Source: Phoronis australis
Taxonomy: Eukaryota; Animalia; Phoronida
Reading direction: 5' to 3'
DNA length: 64,000 nucleotides
Assembly: GCA_002633005.1 (NCBI GenBank)
Contig: NMRA01000373.1
Location: 186,001-250,000 of the forward strand
Shown: piece after piece, positions 22,813 to 35,843 of the stretch
Layout: each line of letters starts with the position of its first letter
Position numbering within the stretch: the first letter of the stretch is position 1
Notes under the pieces: model-generated
What the model was told of the DNA's origin: nothing
Databases searched by the model: none
The model's input: only the letters and a program-made list of their open reading frames with translations
Position numbers and translations under genes: made by a program

Positions 22813-24800
22813 GCGACTGAACAAAATACATTCGTAAATGGCAATCGATTCGGGCACATTAGACAGATTGATGGCTGCACGATCACATCTCAGTCGTACT
22901 CTCACGTTAACGTCAAGGCAAATATCCGGTTACGCGCAAGCAAACGTTGCATAAATACTGTATATCAAAAATGATTGAGCGAATTAGGCAAGGTTATTTA
23001 AGCGAATTAGACATAGTTACAATATTACATGAGAACTTTATACTTTTTCATATCTGGAGTGACAATTAAAAATTACAAGTAATTTACGTTCATTCGTGAC
23101 ATTAATAGACAAATGCTTTAAATCATGGGATTTATTCATCTGTACATCTTTAAAATTTTCTGACGGGTCATTTTTGAGCAAATTTAGCGAAATAGTTTTC
23201 TGAAAAATTATGAGAAAGTAAACACTTTTTGCGTTCATGCGATAAATTATCAAAATTCCCGAAAAACAGAGGACATTTCCACAAAAACGATTTGCACTAT
23301 CGTGCGATAATCTTGGAAGTGACATCATTAACTGGGCCTACTCAGTCTGTCAACTTTGGTTTCCATGTCCACAGCTTTACAGGCTTTTACAATGTATTCA
23401 GTAGGATCTTCAAACAGCTGGCCTGAGCGCCGGTCTGAAGCACTTATTCCCTTTCACCAGGCTTACACCCTGTACATGTATGTGGCTGTCAAACGAGGAA
23501 TGTCAAAAGATGGCGCTATATGTCTTGGATTCAAGGGAGGAAGTTTCTTGACTGAAAAGTGATATCATGATCACGCGAGTATCTGGCGGAGAGCATTTCA
23601 ATTTTTTTCATACGCTGGCGAATTCGGCTGGAGATTGCATTAATAGAAATTCAATGCCGGCAGTGCAATTAGTTTTGTATAGACTTTTTTCATCAGGTTT
23701 AAAAATGCAAATGACTCCCTCAGATCGTTTTCTTCATAGTAGGCGTACGATTAATGTTAACTACGATAATATTGTTTTTTTTTTACACCCAACGTCTTCC
23801 AGCTCTGTGGTCACAACGAGTCGCTTTTTAGGAACCGCTTTGGGAGCCTTGTGTTAGCAATGTAATTGAACAAATACAACGCCGATGCCCATACGATCCA
23901 ATAACCAAAGTCACACATGCCATATGTAACTCTAATCTAGGTTTGTTATGTCAGATTTGTGCACGTGCAAAATTTTTAAAGTTAATGTGTCAAAACCAAA
24001 GATGTCATCTTACAATATGTCGTGAAACCAACTTTATCATTTATCACCTTTAACAACAGCTCGATGATTGCCAGCTGAATTATAAAGCGTAACTCCTGCA
24101 CGACAAGAAAATTTGAATACAACGCAATAAATATCACATACGATGTTTTTGGGTTTTGTAAAACAGACCCTTACTGTGGGGAAAAAACTCTACGTCAGTA
24201 GGAAGCCCACCACTCTACCGACCTAAAGACATTGTTCCTCTTTGTCCCTTTCAACTGGTAAATCCGGACCTGGCTACATAGGTACAGGCAAACACCGCCT
24301 ACACGTTGTTAACGTTTTTCAGATTTTTAGTAACAACCTTAGTACTTGCAAATGAACCATTCTGAGATATGGTGTTCTGAAGTTAGACCGAATTTGGATA
24401 CATTTTGCACGAGAGTTGTAGATACCAAATTAAGCCTAATTTCATTGTTTCACTATTATTTTGCTATATTGTTCCTCAAGCGTCAGGATCTTGACGTAGG
24501 GTTCCATACAGTCAGTGATTTTTTTGGCAAAATGAGTCAGTAAACCATACAATTCAGTAGCAAACCTACGTTTTTAGGAGGGGGGGGGGGTCAGGACTCG
24601 TNGGGTCAGGACTCGTTCAAAGCTACATTAGCAAAACAGACCTGTATATCAGCAAAAAGGTTTAAAGGGGAAATTGCAGACCCCCTCTGAACATTACGCG
24701 GCTAAGGGGTAGTCAGGAATCATCCATATCGTCTATACAATTTCGCTAACTGTCTGTGTTTGAGCGACCATAATTATACGCACCCTGATTAACTACAAAA

Positions 24801-26475
24801 CGGCGCTGCTCACACGGAATGACTACTTCTCGCTGGTTCCCTGCGTGCCGCTAGGTGGGGCGGTAGCCGCGCCAGCACGCAGGTATCACTTAATTTTTCT
24901 CGGTAAATTTTTTTACACCGGCGTTTCTGATTGGCTAGTCGAATTCTCAACAGGCAGCGCTTTACGCGAATAAAGTGGCATGACTGATGGACTGAAGTGT
25001 AAATGTGTCTGTTGTTCAGACAAATCGGTGCTTAAAATTTATGTTCAGGAAATGTGAAGCCTAGAAATTGTGATTGCGCCTTTACGGAATGCATCTTTCT
25101 ACTGTCGATGACTTTTGTTTACGACAGTGTTCTGTATTCATACAGTATGAATAACACACCGGTTAAATCGGCCAGATATGTGTTTATTGTACATGTATGT
25201 GCTTCAAGCACGCGGCTATTAAACATCACTGCAGACGGAAACGAAATACTTGCTCCGCCACTGGAATGACAAGGCTAAAAATCCTTCACAGTCCGCCATT
25301 TTTGCACGGTGTACAGCTAACCAATGACTATCGAGGTTACATCGACCAATGCTAAAGCGCGTGCCACTGCGTGATACCTGCGTGCTGGCTGGGCTAAGCA
25401 CGCAGGGAACCAGCGAGTGACTACTTAGACGCGCTACCTTGCGGTTCGATCTAGAGCGATTCTGCATAATTATTATCATTAATTGAGGGCTTCATGGTCA
25501 ATCGCACATTAGCAGCTAACCAGCGATTCTACACCTGTAGAACACTAGGGGCGCTGCTTACACGAAATGACGGGCTACTCTGACGAGCTACCGTGCGATT
25601 CCAGCGATTCTGCATATTAGCATCGGTTAAAAGCCTTCAATCTGCGACTCTACATCTGGACAATAGCACAGATCGATTTTGAAGCGCTGATTAGCAATAA
25701 AACACCAGTGGCACTTCTTGCACGGAAGGGTTAGGCCTACTCTGACGGGCTACCTTGAAATTCTAGCGATTCTTCATAATTACTACCTTTGGTTGAAGGC
25801 TTTCAACCACACGTTTGCAACTAGTCAGAGATTCTACACCTGCAGAACACTAGGCGCGCTTCTTACATGGAATGTCGGGCTACCTTGCGATTGTAGCGAT
25901 TCTGCATTGGTTGAAAGGCTTTCTCATGTTAGCAGCTAATCAGCGATTCTAGTATGTTTTGCTCTAACCATAGCAATTTTTGAAAAAAACCATAGCAAAC
26001 CATACCACCAACGAAAACTAGTCACAATATGGTCAAGTGTCAAATGCATATTGCATGTACCTACTTACCTATTAGAGGCTCCGCTTACTTCTAGTAACTA
26101 TGGGTAAAATTATACTCCTTCGTAACTCTTTTGGCCCTGTCGAGTAAGGCTCGTGATATGAGATTATTTCTACAAAAGAGATTGATTGCCAGTAAAAAGT
26201 CAAAACTAAGGTTTAGTGAAAACTTTATTACGAACATCGGCAAAATGCTAGCCTTAAGGCCTATTAATTACCGAAAATACGTAGCATTTTGGCTCTGCGC
26301 CGTAGCACTACGGAAATGGCAAAAACACGTAGCGAATACGTATTGATTGACATCATTAGGGGCGCTGCTTATAGGGAATGACGGGCTACTCTGACGAACT
26401 ACCTTGCGGTTTTAGCGATTCTTCAAATTAGTACCAATTGAAGGCTTTCAATCACATGCTGGCAGGTAATCAGCA
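24801..26475 (+). repeat. Degenerate ~150-bp tandem repeat array (~5-6 partial units) interrupted by insertions
   Basis: Recurring blocks ggcgctgcttacacggaatgacgggctac / ctaccttgcgattctagcgattct / ttgaaggctttcaa / ttagcagctaatcagcgattct at ~24801, 25430, 25545, 25720, 25850 and 26355. Confidence 0.8.
24829..25417. mobile_element. 589-bp non-autonomous DNA transposon with 9-bp TSD (Mutator-like by TSD length)
   Basis: TIR ctcgctggttccctgcgtgc/gcacgcagggaaccagcgag, extended by gccagcacgcaggtatcac/gtgatacctgcgtgctggc; perfect TSD tgactactt (24820-24828, 25418-25426). Confidence 0.9.
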
Positions 26476-26489
26476 ACAACCTGTTAGTT

Positions 26490-28170
26490 TTTTTAAAGTG
26501 ATGTATATTTATTGAAGAATACACAAGACATACAAAGAAATGATGACAAAACCAGAAATCGCGAAGCATTATATCTGGGTTGTAAACAATTCACAAATGA
26601 AACTAATATACATAGAGGTATATACATTTAAGTAGTATCTAATATAAGTATCGCAATATTTAGATATGTTATTGCGAATATATAAAAACAAAAACATGTA
26701 CAGATTCATGTATGGAAATCAGAAGCAGCAATATTGATAAACGGTACATAAAAATTTGCTAACGTTGCTTAGGAGGAATTCATTGAGAACGACGTCAAAG
26801 CTAGGACTATCATTCAGTAATAATGTAACTTGAGTAGGGATATTATAACAAGAATTGAGAACATTAACAATTGATTGGTTTTCATTGAGTGCACGGAAGA
26901 GTGAGTCTCTCAGGTGTTCGATGAGGGGACATTTGAAGAAAATAATGAGGATAATATTGATGGTCACCACATTTACAGTTTGGAGAAACATTACTAAAGT
27001 TATGCCTAAAATTGTCGGAGTTGAAGAAAAGACCGCATCTTGATCTGTATAATGCTATTTCGTTATCGCGGGGAAGAGAGAATTGAGTCGATGGTGTTGA
27101 GTTATCAAAATTGTGAAAAACAGTTCTAAGATTATTTTTATAAAATCGTAAAAGTGTTGTTTTCCTTAACAGAGACTGGAAGAGAATTCCAGTTGTTGAT
27201 GCACATCATGACTGTAGACGATCTGAATGCCTGACAGAATGACGGAGGAATTGCATATGGGGTGGAGGATCTCAAATTACTACAATGGCCTTGTCTAGTT
27301 ATAGATCAAATTTTTTTTTGACAGAGACGTTGTTGACGTTGTTTATTACTTTGAAAGTAAATGTGGTCATGTGAAGATTGCGTTGAGTAGACAGTTTGGG
27401 CCACTTGAGACTATTCATAACCTTAACACTATTGCATCCCCTGTAAGCTCCGGTTATTCGTAAGGCAGCTTGATACTGTAATTTCTCCAAATATTGGAGT
27501 GCACCCGTATTGGTCGACTGATATATGATATCACAATAATCGATGTGAGGAAGTATAAATGATTTGAACAAAACTTCTAAATGTGTAGAATTGAAATGAC
27601 GAGAGACAAGCTTAAGTGGGTTAATTAGTTTCTGAGTTTTTGTACGACTTCCCGAACGTGAGGTGTGAATGAGAGTTTTTCATCTAACAATATACCAAGA
27701 TGTCTGTGCGACTGTTTTCTAGGAATGATTTCATCATAAAGTTTAAGGTCATAAGACGGGTCAACAAGGAAGAGAGCATTAATAGATTTTCAGAATGTGA
27801 GGTCAACGCTTTTTTCTGGTTTAAAATTCATTCTCCATTCTTGAGACCAATAGCTAAGTTTATTTAAGTCGTGTTGAAGCTGCAAAGAACTTTCAGGGCT
27901 GCTCCCTGTGGACGGGTAAAAAGGCGCCGTGTCATCTGCATAAAGGTATGTGCTACATGAGAGGTTATCAGGAAGGTCATTAATATAAACCAAGAAGAGA
28001 AGAGGACCCAATACGCTACCCTGCGGTACACCTGCGTTTACAAATCCAGGAAGGGATAAAGTTGAAAGTACACCGTCGACACGAACACTGTATGTTCTAT
28101 CGGAGAGATATGAGGTGATCATGGTTGAAAGATTACCAGTAATGCCATAGGATCAAAGTTTGTGAAGTAC
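26490..28170 (-). mobile_element. 5'-truncated CR1/L2-clade LINE (RT pseudogene)
   Basis: GVPQGSVLGPLLFLVYINDLP and LYADDT RT motifs (27790-28122); downstream FKSFILPHIDYCDIIY...QYQAALRITGA; A-rich 3' end near 26490; frameshifts. Confidence 0.92.
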
Positions 28171-28197
28171 AAGGTGTTATTTTGCGGTAAGGTTGCT

Positions 28198-28795
28198 AAT
28201 CTAGCGATTTAGCCAATCCTGCTGGCTTGAGGAATGGAGATGGGGGTAACATATGGAGGGGTCCATCGCAGGGGGAGAGCAGGGCGAAAATCAGGACTGG
28301 CGTTGGGGAACATAGCGATTCTAAAACATCGAAATGGGGGAACACGGGGACAGGGTGCAGTGGGCAGACCTCATACAATGTCTTAGAGATTATAGATTAG
28401 AAATTATATGTGCAGTATCCCTGTAAAGTGTGTTCTTTCGTTGGAATTGAAATTCTTTTTGTACTTCCAGGTAAAAATAAATCAGGACAATCAGCAACCA
28501 ATGGTATAGTGTCATATTTTTGTGCTTTGTCGTGTTCGTAAAAGAAAACTGTAACGTATATTTATTGAGAGCTAAGCTATAGGCATATGCATACTAAATT
28601 TCATTTTATCCAGGAACATGACAGAATCGTCTATCCCTGAAGGCAAAATGTCTGAAAGAGCCACTGAAGGTTATAGATTCCTACTTCAAATTTCTAGTGT
28701 TAAAGATTTCGTAAGTACCTTAAAAACTTTCTTTTTCCCAACAAAATAGAAAATGCAAAAAAATTTCATTACATTTGGTTAGAATGTATTTGTTT
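28198..28795 (+). repeat. Dispersed repeat paralogous to 2027-2450 joined to 7170-7325 (empty site of the Harbinger insertion)
   Basis: Shared ctagcgatttagccaatc, ggggaaca motifs, tacttccaggtaaaaataaatc and gtctatccct, then tcctacttcaa...taagtacctt. Confidence 0.75.
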
Positions 28796-29825
28796 AAAAC
28801 TTGAACAATGGCGTTTTAACAATTTTCCATGTATAAATCATAAATATTTTTCAGTCACTCATATCCACCGTAATCAGGTTGGCCAGTTGTAATAACAACT
28901 TTAAATAAAGTCAAGGCTGGAGGGCTGCGCGATTTAGTTATAATAATTTCTTCAGCCAAAAATTGTGGCAAACCTATTCTAGAAATTTAGTTTATTTTTA
29001 TTTGGAAACAAGTGTGAGGTAACTATGAATTCAAGCATTTCATCATTTCAAACTTGCTTGACTTAAGCGATAATTGCAGATACAAGACCACCATGCAATT
29101 TATTCCAAAACTGTTGGTTAGTATGTTTGGGTAGCAGCTCTTCATTGACTCACACTTGGTTGACAGGTTTTATAGATACTCGCTCGTAGCCTCTATACAA
29201 TCTCCTATCTGCAGGCATGGGAACCATTGTGTTTTGAAATTTTGAAGCTACTATGTAGAGCGAGCACGACCTCCCCATTCCAATGTTAAATTGGGGTGAC
29301 TATAACACGTAGTCTAAGTATTGAAACTTTTACAAAAATAATTGCTAATTAAGGAAGATGTCAACCGCCACATGAGTAATGATAGCATTTACCCAAAATG
29401 TGTCCACTTTTAAATCCGATAAGAGCCCAGAAACATCTCATGCAGTGCTACAGGTAAAGCTGAAATTGCAAAATTCGGTAATGATCGATACAACGTGACC
29501 GAATTTTGAGGACCAGTTTTCTCCAGTGAATAACGAGCATCAAACTGTTTCCCAAAGTACAGGCGCGTTATATTCGACTATTTCCCTAAATTCCAACAAA
29601 AGGAAATCAAGTTAGTGACGGTGAATCATTCTGCTGAAGCAATCAGTCAAATCCTTTCAATCAATGGTTTTAGCACTTGTAGTTATTTATGTATATTCTC
29701 GTATTAAAAACTGCTTCATCCCTGAACATTAACGAAAGTAATGGCTTTCACATACGACTTTGCATGGGGTGTTAACATTTTACAAAACCCATGAATTCCA
29801 ACATGTTGACAAACCAAGAAAGCAC

Positions 29826-32459
29826 TGATACGCCGTAAAATGTAAAAATTTCGTAAAATGTAACAACTGTTACATTTTACGTTGCTGGGCCTCTCCTAAA
29901 ATGTAACAAGTTGTTATATTTTACATAGTTGTTACATTTCACGTCGGACGCACATGCGAGAAATGTACCATTGTTACATTTTACGAAACCCACGTCATAT
30001 TGCAAAGAAAATGACCTAAATCACGAACAAGTGGTATCTGACACGGCCGGGGGGGGGGGGTANGGTACAGGAGTATTTTTAGACGAGGAGTGGCGCACGA
30101 AAAATTTGAATACCTACCTATTTAGAGAGTGGGCTCGTACAAAAAGTGACCAATTTAGTGACTAATTTGTGTAAAACCTCTCATTTTTGCACACTTCTGT
30201 TCCAAAAATTCAGGAAAGGCACCTTTTAGTTTTGTCGAAAATGACACCATTTTGCAGAATATTTTTTCTGTGGGCAGCACTTTTCGTATACATCTTCTAT
30301 AGGAATGCCCTCCGGGCTGACACGATATGAATTTGGCTACCTACTATCATTTTTATTAGTATTACATTACTATCACTACTGTTACTAATATTAATACTAT
30401 TACTACTGTCACTACTATTACTCGTTATCGTTTTCGTTATCATTATTATTATTATTATTATTTTTGAATTTATTTAACGAGGACACAATACCAGTTTAGC
30501 AAAGAGCTAATACATCATGGACATCAAAGATTTTAAAATCATCTCATTTATTGTTCAATGTTGTCATCAGGCTTTCCATAGTGGACAGCGAGTGCTGTTC
30601 CAATAGGATTTTAAAGGGGTTCCTAAGTTCAGCTTTAACGATATTGTGAGGAACGTCTTGACAACTGTGAATGCAGAGTACGCCTACGTTTTGGAAACGA
30701 GGAGGTTAAGATTTAAAATCTTGTTGAGACGAGCACCAAATTCAAAAATTGATTATTTCTGAACTATCTAAAAGCACTGTATTATTTGTAAATATAACTA
30801 TGTCCATCTGTAGTGTGCCACGAAGAACTGAATTCAGACCGCAAAATTGTCTCTTGCTGAAAACATTTCCTTGTCAAAGAACTGATGTGTAAGTTCAAAA
30901 TTGCGTTACGTTGAAATCTGGACGCAGACATTTTTCGAGAATTAACGACTAGTCATCTGCTGTCACCGGCTCATTAGAATAGCGTGTAACGGACATACAA
31001 GACACGCAACAATTTTACTAGCATGTGGTATGGGCCCCAATATTGTATGGAACAAAAACTGCTAACGTCGAAGTCAGCGATAATTAATATGAGCTTTTAA
31101 AATAATGCATCAAAGAGATTAAAATGTAATGCATCAAAAGGACTAATATACCAAATTCCCTTATCTGCGAACTGCAACACAAAAATGGCGCCTCATGAGA
31201 CACGTGACTTCCCGTCCATTAATAACAGAATGTCCAATCTTTATCCATATTTATATGTACTTCGAGCTAACGACTATTGGCCAAATAGCAATTTTAATTC
31301 ATATTTTATCTTAAAAGGTAATAGAAAGAGAAATTGCATGTTTTTATAGTCCGAAAGCCCGACCGACAGTTTTTGGACCATTGCCCCTTTAAACTATAGA
31401 TCTAGACCAGGAGCAAAATGATCATGTCCCTTCAGAGTGCTAGGCATCCCATTTTTCCGTATACACGACACGGTTTGACCTGTTGTTACCACCACTATTT
31501 CAGACAGGTTTGACATCGTAGGAACAAGGATATTTCTTTCGTCACTATGCCGCCACTTTTTTGAACTAATGGCTCACCCTTTTCAACGGCGATATTTTAT
31601 TTTTTTCTTTGGCAAAATCTGTCAACCTGCCGGCAAATAAATGCGGGCTTTTATTTCCTTCCTCCACATTGTCTTTAAGAAATCGTCATGCGTAACTAAG
31701 GTGGTAGACAGCACCTGTCGGCATCAGAAACTTTGGATTGCTCCTTTTGTGTGAAGCAAGGCAATTACTGCATTAGCGATGACTCCAAGGCAACAAAACA
31801 CTGGCCGAAATAAACCAAACTATCGTGGATTAAAACTGGTGTTTATTTCCTATCAAATTGGCTTCCGAAATTGAATTCTCCATGAAAAATTTTGTATTTG
31901 TCTTTCGTTCCCGAAGAAATACGATAAATATTAGCCAAATACAATGACATTGTTGTTCTTACAAAGGGAAGTGTGTTTACTGTAATGTCGAATAAAAATT
32001 AGTTTATTATCGTCAACAAAAATGCAGGAACGCTTTAACGATAAAGAACTTGTTACCTGATCCTGGAAACTCCTTTCGTGTGGAGTTGAAACTGTGCGCT
32101 GTGCATTTTTTACTATATCGTTAAACTACTCATGTTCAAAAAACCATGGAAATTACAAAGGACACATCTGATAGAATTTCATTCACACAATCCGAGAAAG
32201 AAGGCGTTAGGTGTGAGAACGGTTTTCTTCCGTGTGACAAATACCTTGCAAACTCATGAAATACATGTACGACGTCGCTCTCGTAAAATATAACAATGGT
32301 ACATTTCTCGCATGTGCATTCGACGTAAATTGTAACAATTACATAAAATGTAACAACTTGTTACATTTTAGGAGAGGCCTAGCAACGTAAAATGTAACAA
32401 TGACATAAAATGTAACAACTGTTACATTTTATGTCATTGTTACATTTTACGGCGTATCA
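29826..32459. mobile_element. 2.6-kb non-autonomous TIR element, TG...CA termini, 6-bp TSD aagcac
   Basis: tgatacgccgtaaaatgta...tacattttacggcgtatca; ~170-190-bp imperfect TIRs built from aaaatgtaac units; aagcac at 29820-29825 and 32460-32465. Confidence 0.9.
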
Positions 32460-35078
32460 AAGCACATCAAAAGAATATAACATTGTAAGCATGGTCCTGC
32501 AGACAAAACTGCAACATCCTTGCAGACATTGTTGTTGAATAAATTTTAGGGGAAAAACGCTAAGTGCGCGTCATGGATCTGTTATATAACAGTTTGTGGC
32601 ACCAAATCTTTACCTTTTTGAAGGTCAGTATAGCATATTTACTGATGATAAAGGTTTTTTAACGTCAAACGTTATGTATTCGATAGCCTACAGTGGATAT
32701 TGGCGGTAAAATTACCAGTTACACATCCTTCGTAATTTCACTGTTCAGTTCCTAGTTTCTGTTTTGCAACTTACTGTATGTTAACATAGTAAAGTTCACT
32801 GACAGTCTTCTCTAGTACTACATGTATAAAATGGAGGTGTCTTATAATTCTATTCACCACTGTAGATTTTATGTGTTCCAGGCAGCTTACTGTGTTTTGC
32901 CAAGTGCCCCGCTCTTGGCGGACTGTTCCACTTTTTCATTTTCCGCCATCCCGCCACACCCTCTTAATCTCCCTGCTTTGGCACACACGGCTAAATTAAC
33001 AGATAATACTGTAATTTCCCACGCGACAAAGCTATATTTTGGCGCTCTACTAAAAAGAAAAAACGGGATGTTACAAGTTTTTTGCAGCACCAGCAATTTC
33101 CCATTCATGTACAAATAACAACAACAACAACATCAAAAAACGTTGTCGGGCATTTTTGAGTGTTACATCTCCCGTTCTACAAAAACGTCAGTATGTCTTT
33201 GTATGTAGCAGCGAACATTTCACCCTTACATTTGGCTCAGACTCAGATATTCCGCTTTTTATCCCGAAGTCCCGCCTTCAATCCAGTTGTTCAGTTTTTT
33301 CGTTTTTGAATGTTGACCTTGACAACTATGAAACAAGTGTTCAAAACAACATTGCCTCCTTTTATGAATTGTGTTAGTTTCCTGATTCAGATTTCTGTAG
33401 TAATCAAAATGTGTCCCAACATGTCTTGTATACGGTAACTTACATTGCATGTAACAGGATCACTAACTTTTACTTTCTGTAGGTAACTGTTTTTCTAAGT
33501 TTTTATGGAAAGTGTTAATCTGCAAGCATTATGATAAGCCACCCACAGCCCATTTCAAAACTACATGAATGATGTCTGCCTATCTTTTATCTATCAGAAA
33601 AAACCTTTATTCGCAAATTCTTGGAGTAGTCTATCGCATTCTTCCTAAATTTCACTGAATTCTGATTTTTTTTTTCTGAAGAAAGTAATTGTATCAAACG
33701 GCACGAAAAGTCGAATGAAGTATAATATATAAAGATTTATAATTTTGGATGAGTGCCTGACTAAATTATCCACAGTAAGTGTGCAGGATGCATATTCTAG
33801 AACCTTTGTCTTTATAGTGTATAAATCCTTTGAACCATTGAAATTATTTCCCTAATGGCTTAACTAGTCATTTCTGTAACCTCTCTAGTTCATCTTTTGT
33901 GTTTACTTACTATTACACGTTGTTATTTGTGCATTTTGATAACACTCTTGGTTTTTAGAATTAAAAAAAAAAAAATTTTTAAATCAATCAGGTATGCGAA
34001 ATGATTATTACTTATGTATTTTAATTAACAAAATTATTTATCTTTTGCTTCTGATATAATCATCAAGAACTGACAAAGGGCTTTCTAAAGATATGACTCT
34101 TATGCAATTCGGTTGAAAAACGGCGGAACTGCGAAAAGTTTTAATTATAGAAAATTCCATAAGAATAAGCAACACCGGGAATGCAAGCAACTCTCACGCA
34201 TGCGCGGCGCAACCTCAAGGGGCGGGAGCGGAGTTGGCATTACAGCGCTAGAGATCTATGCTTTAACACAATGCACCATACATGTATTTTGAAAATTACC
34301 GGAAGACTGCTTCACCAAATATTCGCACACCAAATTTTTACGCAGGAATCCATATTGTCCATTGACAGCGGAATGTAGACGGGCAGGAATTCAGTCAAAA
34401 CACGCAGCGAAAAATGTTGTTGAGTAAAACAAACGCATTCATGTTTATAATAATTCTGTTAACACCCCAGTCACTCAACCTACTAGCGCCATTTTGGCGA
34501 GTTAGTTTATTTTTCTTCGGTCTCTTCCTCTAACGACAAAAGAGTTTTTTAAATTAATGCTGGAACCAAGACCTATTACATTTTTGGGTAAAGACGAAGT
34601 ATTTGAAACGATTCTGCACTCGTATGAGGATTTGAATTCCAGCTTATACACATCATAAACCTACCCTCCAAAGCATGGCCTGGAAAGTCGTAATGGATTG
34701 CATTGACCACACATAAATATCAATCCATTGAACTTTTTTGTATATGTTATCCGTCATTGCCTTGATAACTCCTAGTTTACCGTGATCAGCCCCGATGTTG
34801 GAACTGCCTTGTCTCACCGTGTCTAATGTAAACAGTCAAACATGTTCCGAATTGCTTTGACCACTGGGGTTTGTCACTAACTGATTGCAAACGACTCGGG
34901 TCGACCGCTTCGTTGCTATTTATCAGGAATTCGCACCTTAGCTTGTTGAACCTTTTTACGCCGGGAGTTATTGAAAACATCTGGCAAATTGGCCGGTGAT
35001 CATGTTATCATATGTGAGAATTCATCTACGGAGCATATCGACGTTATCGCAGTGCGTGTGAAACTCGTAATTTTCAAC

Positions 35079-35843
35079 ATGATCGGCTATCATAGTCCGA
35101 AGTTGTTGATGATTTGTTTTGGTTTTGCATATTTTTTTGATATTCGAGGAGACGCGCCCTCAAAATCGCGCGTGCTATTCCGCCCTCCGGGCCTGGACAT
35201 CGGAAAACAAACGGAGGGGCAAAAAATTCTCCGTTTAATGCAGAGAAACCTGGGATCATCCGACTTTGTTCCGCGACGGAAGGATCTCAAAACCAAGAAA
35301 CTTTTAAGAAGACTGGGTAGTGATTTTGATTCGGAATTTATGTCGGTGAAGAAACCAAGTGCCAACTTAGTTGTCAAGAAGCATTTGAACACGGATGTGG
35401 AGCTTCTGAGAGACCTAAACAGAATGAATTACACCATCGTCACTAAGAAGGGGAAACATGTTGACTTAAACACAAAAATAGTTAAAAAGATGAAGAAGTG
35501 GCTGATTCAAAAGTCTTCATGTCAGGTAGATTTCACCTGGTATGATCTCGGAGTCTTCTGTTGGCCGCGATGGGTGAAGGACGGCAGATGTTCCACAGAT
35601 GTATCCTGTTCCATCCCCAGGGGCATGCACTGCGTGCCCTCCGAACCAAAGAAACTTAGGGTGTTGAGTTGGCGATGTAGAGGTGAGAGAATTCCAAAAA
35701 GTTTGACCAATAATCATCCGGATAACAGACTCAAAGTGAATCCTTCAAGAGCGGAGCAGCGTTCTCGAAGAAAATTCACGAGACGCTGCAAATGGAGAAA
35801 AGTGACGGTACCTGTCGTGACAGATTGTCATTGTTCTTGTTGA
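35079..35843 (+). CDS. nog: Noggin-like secreted cystine-knot protein (254 aa, single exon)
   Basis: Signal peptide MIGYHSPKLLMICFGFAYFFDIRG; FVPRRKDLKTKKLLRRLGSDFDSEFMS; basic helix KKMKKWL; C..W.DLG...WPRWVK.G.C.....CSIP.GMHC...LRVLSWRC...C.W......V.DCHCSC. The ORF-track start at 34971 is TTG; the first in-frame ATG is 35079. Confidence 0.95.
   Translation: MIGYHSPKLLMICFGFAYFFDIRGDAPSKSRVLFRPPGLDIGKQTEGQKILRLMQRNLGSSDFVPRRKDLKTKKLLRRLGSDFDSEFMSVKKPSANLVVKKHLNTDVELLRDLNRMNYTIVTKKGKHVDLNTKIVKKMKKWLIQKSSCQVDFTWYDLGVFCWPRWVKDGRCSTDVSCSIPRGMHCVPSEPKKLRVLSWRCRGERIPKSLTNNHPDNRLKVNPSRAEQRSRRKFTRRCKWRKVTVPVVTDCHCSC

Noticed and set aside
25950-26352. Insertion in the tandem array with TGTCAA...TTGACA ends (Ginger-like)
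   Set aside because: The inverted match is only 6 bp, there is no TSD, and the boundaries are unclear.
34190-34250. GC-box/NRF1-like promoter upstream of the noggin-like gene
   Set aside because: Short motifs with no transcript evidence; not supportable.
34971-35078. N-terminal 36-aa extension of the noggin ORF in the ORF track
   Set aside because: It begins at TTG; the ATG at 35079 directly precedes a signal peptide.
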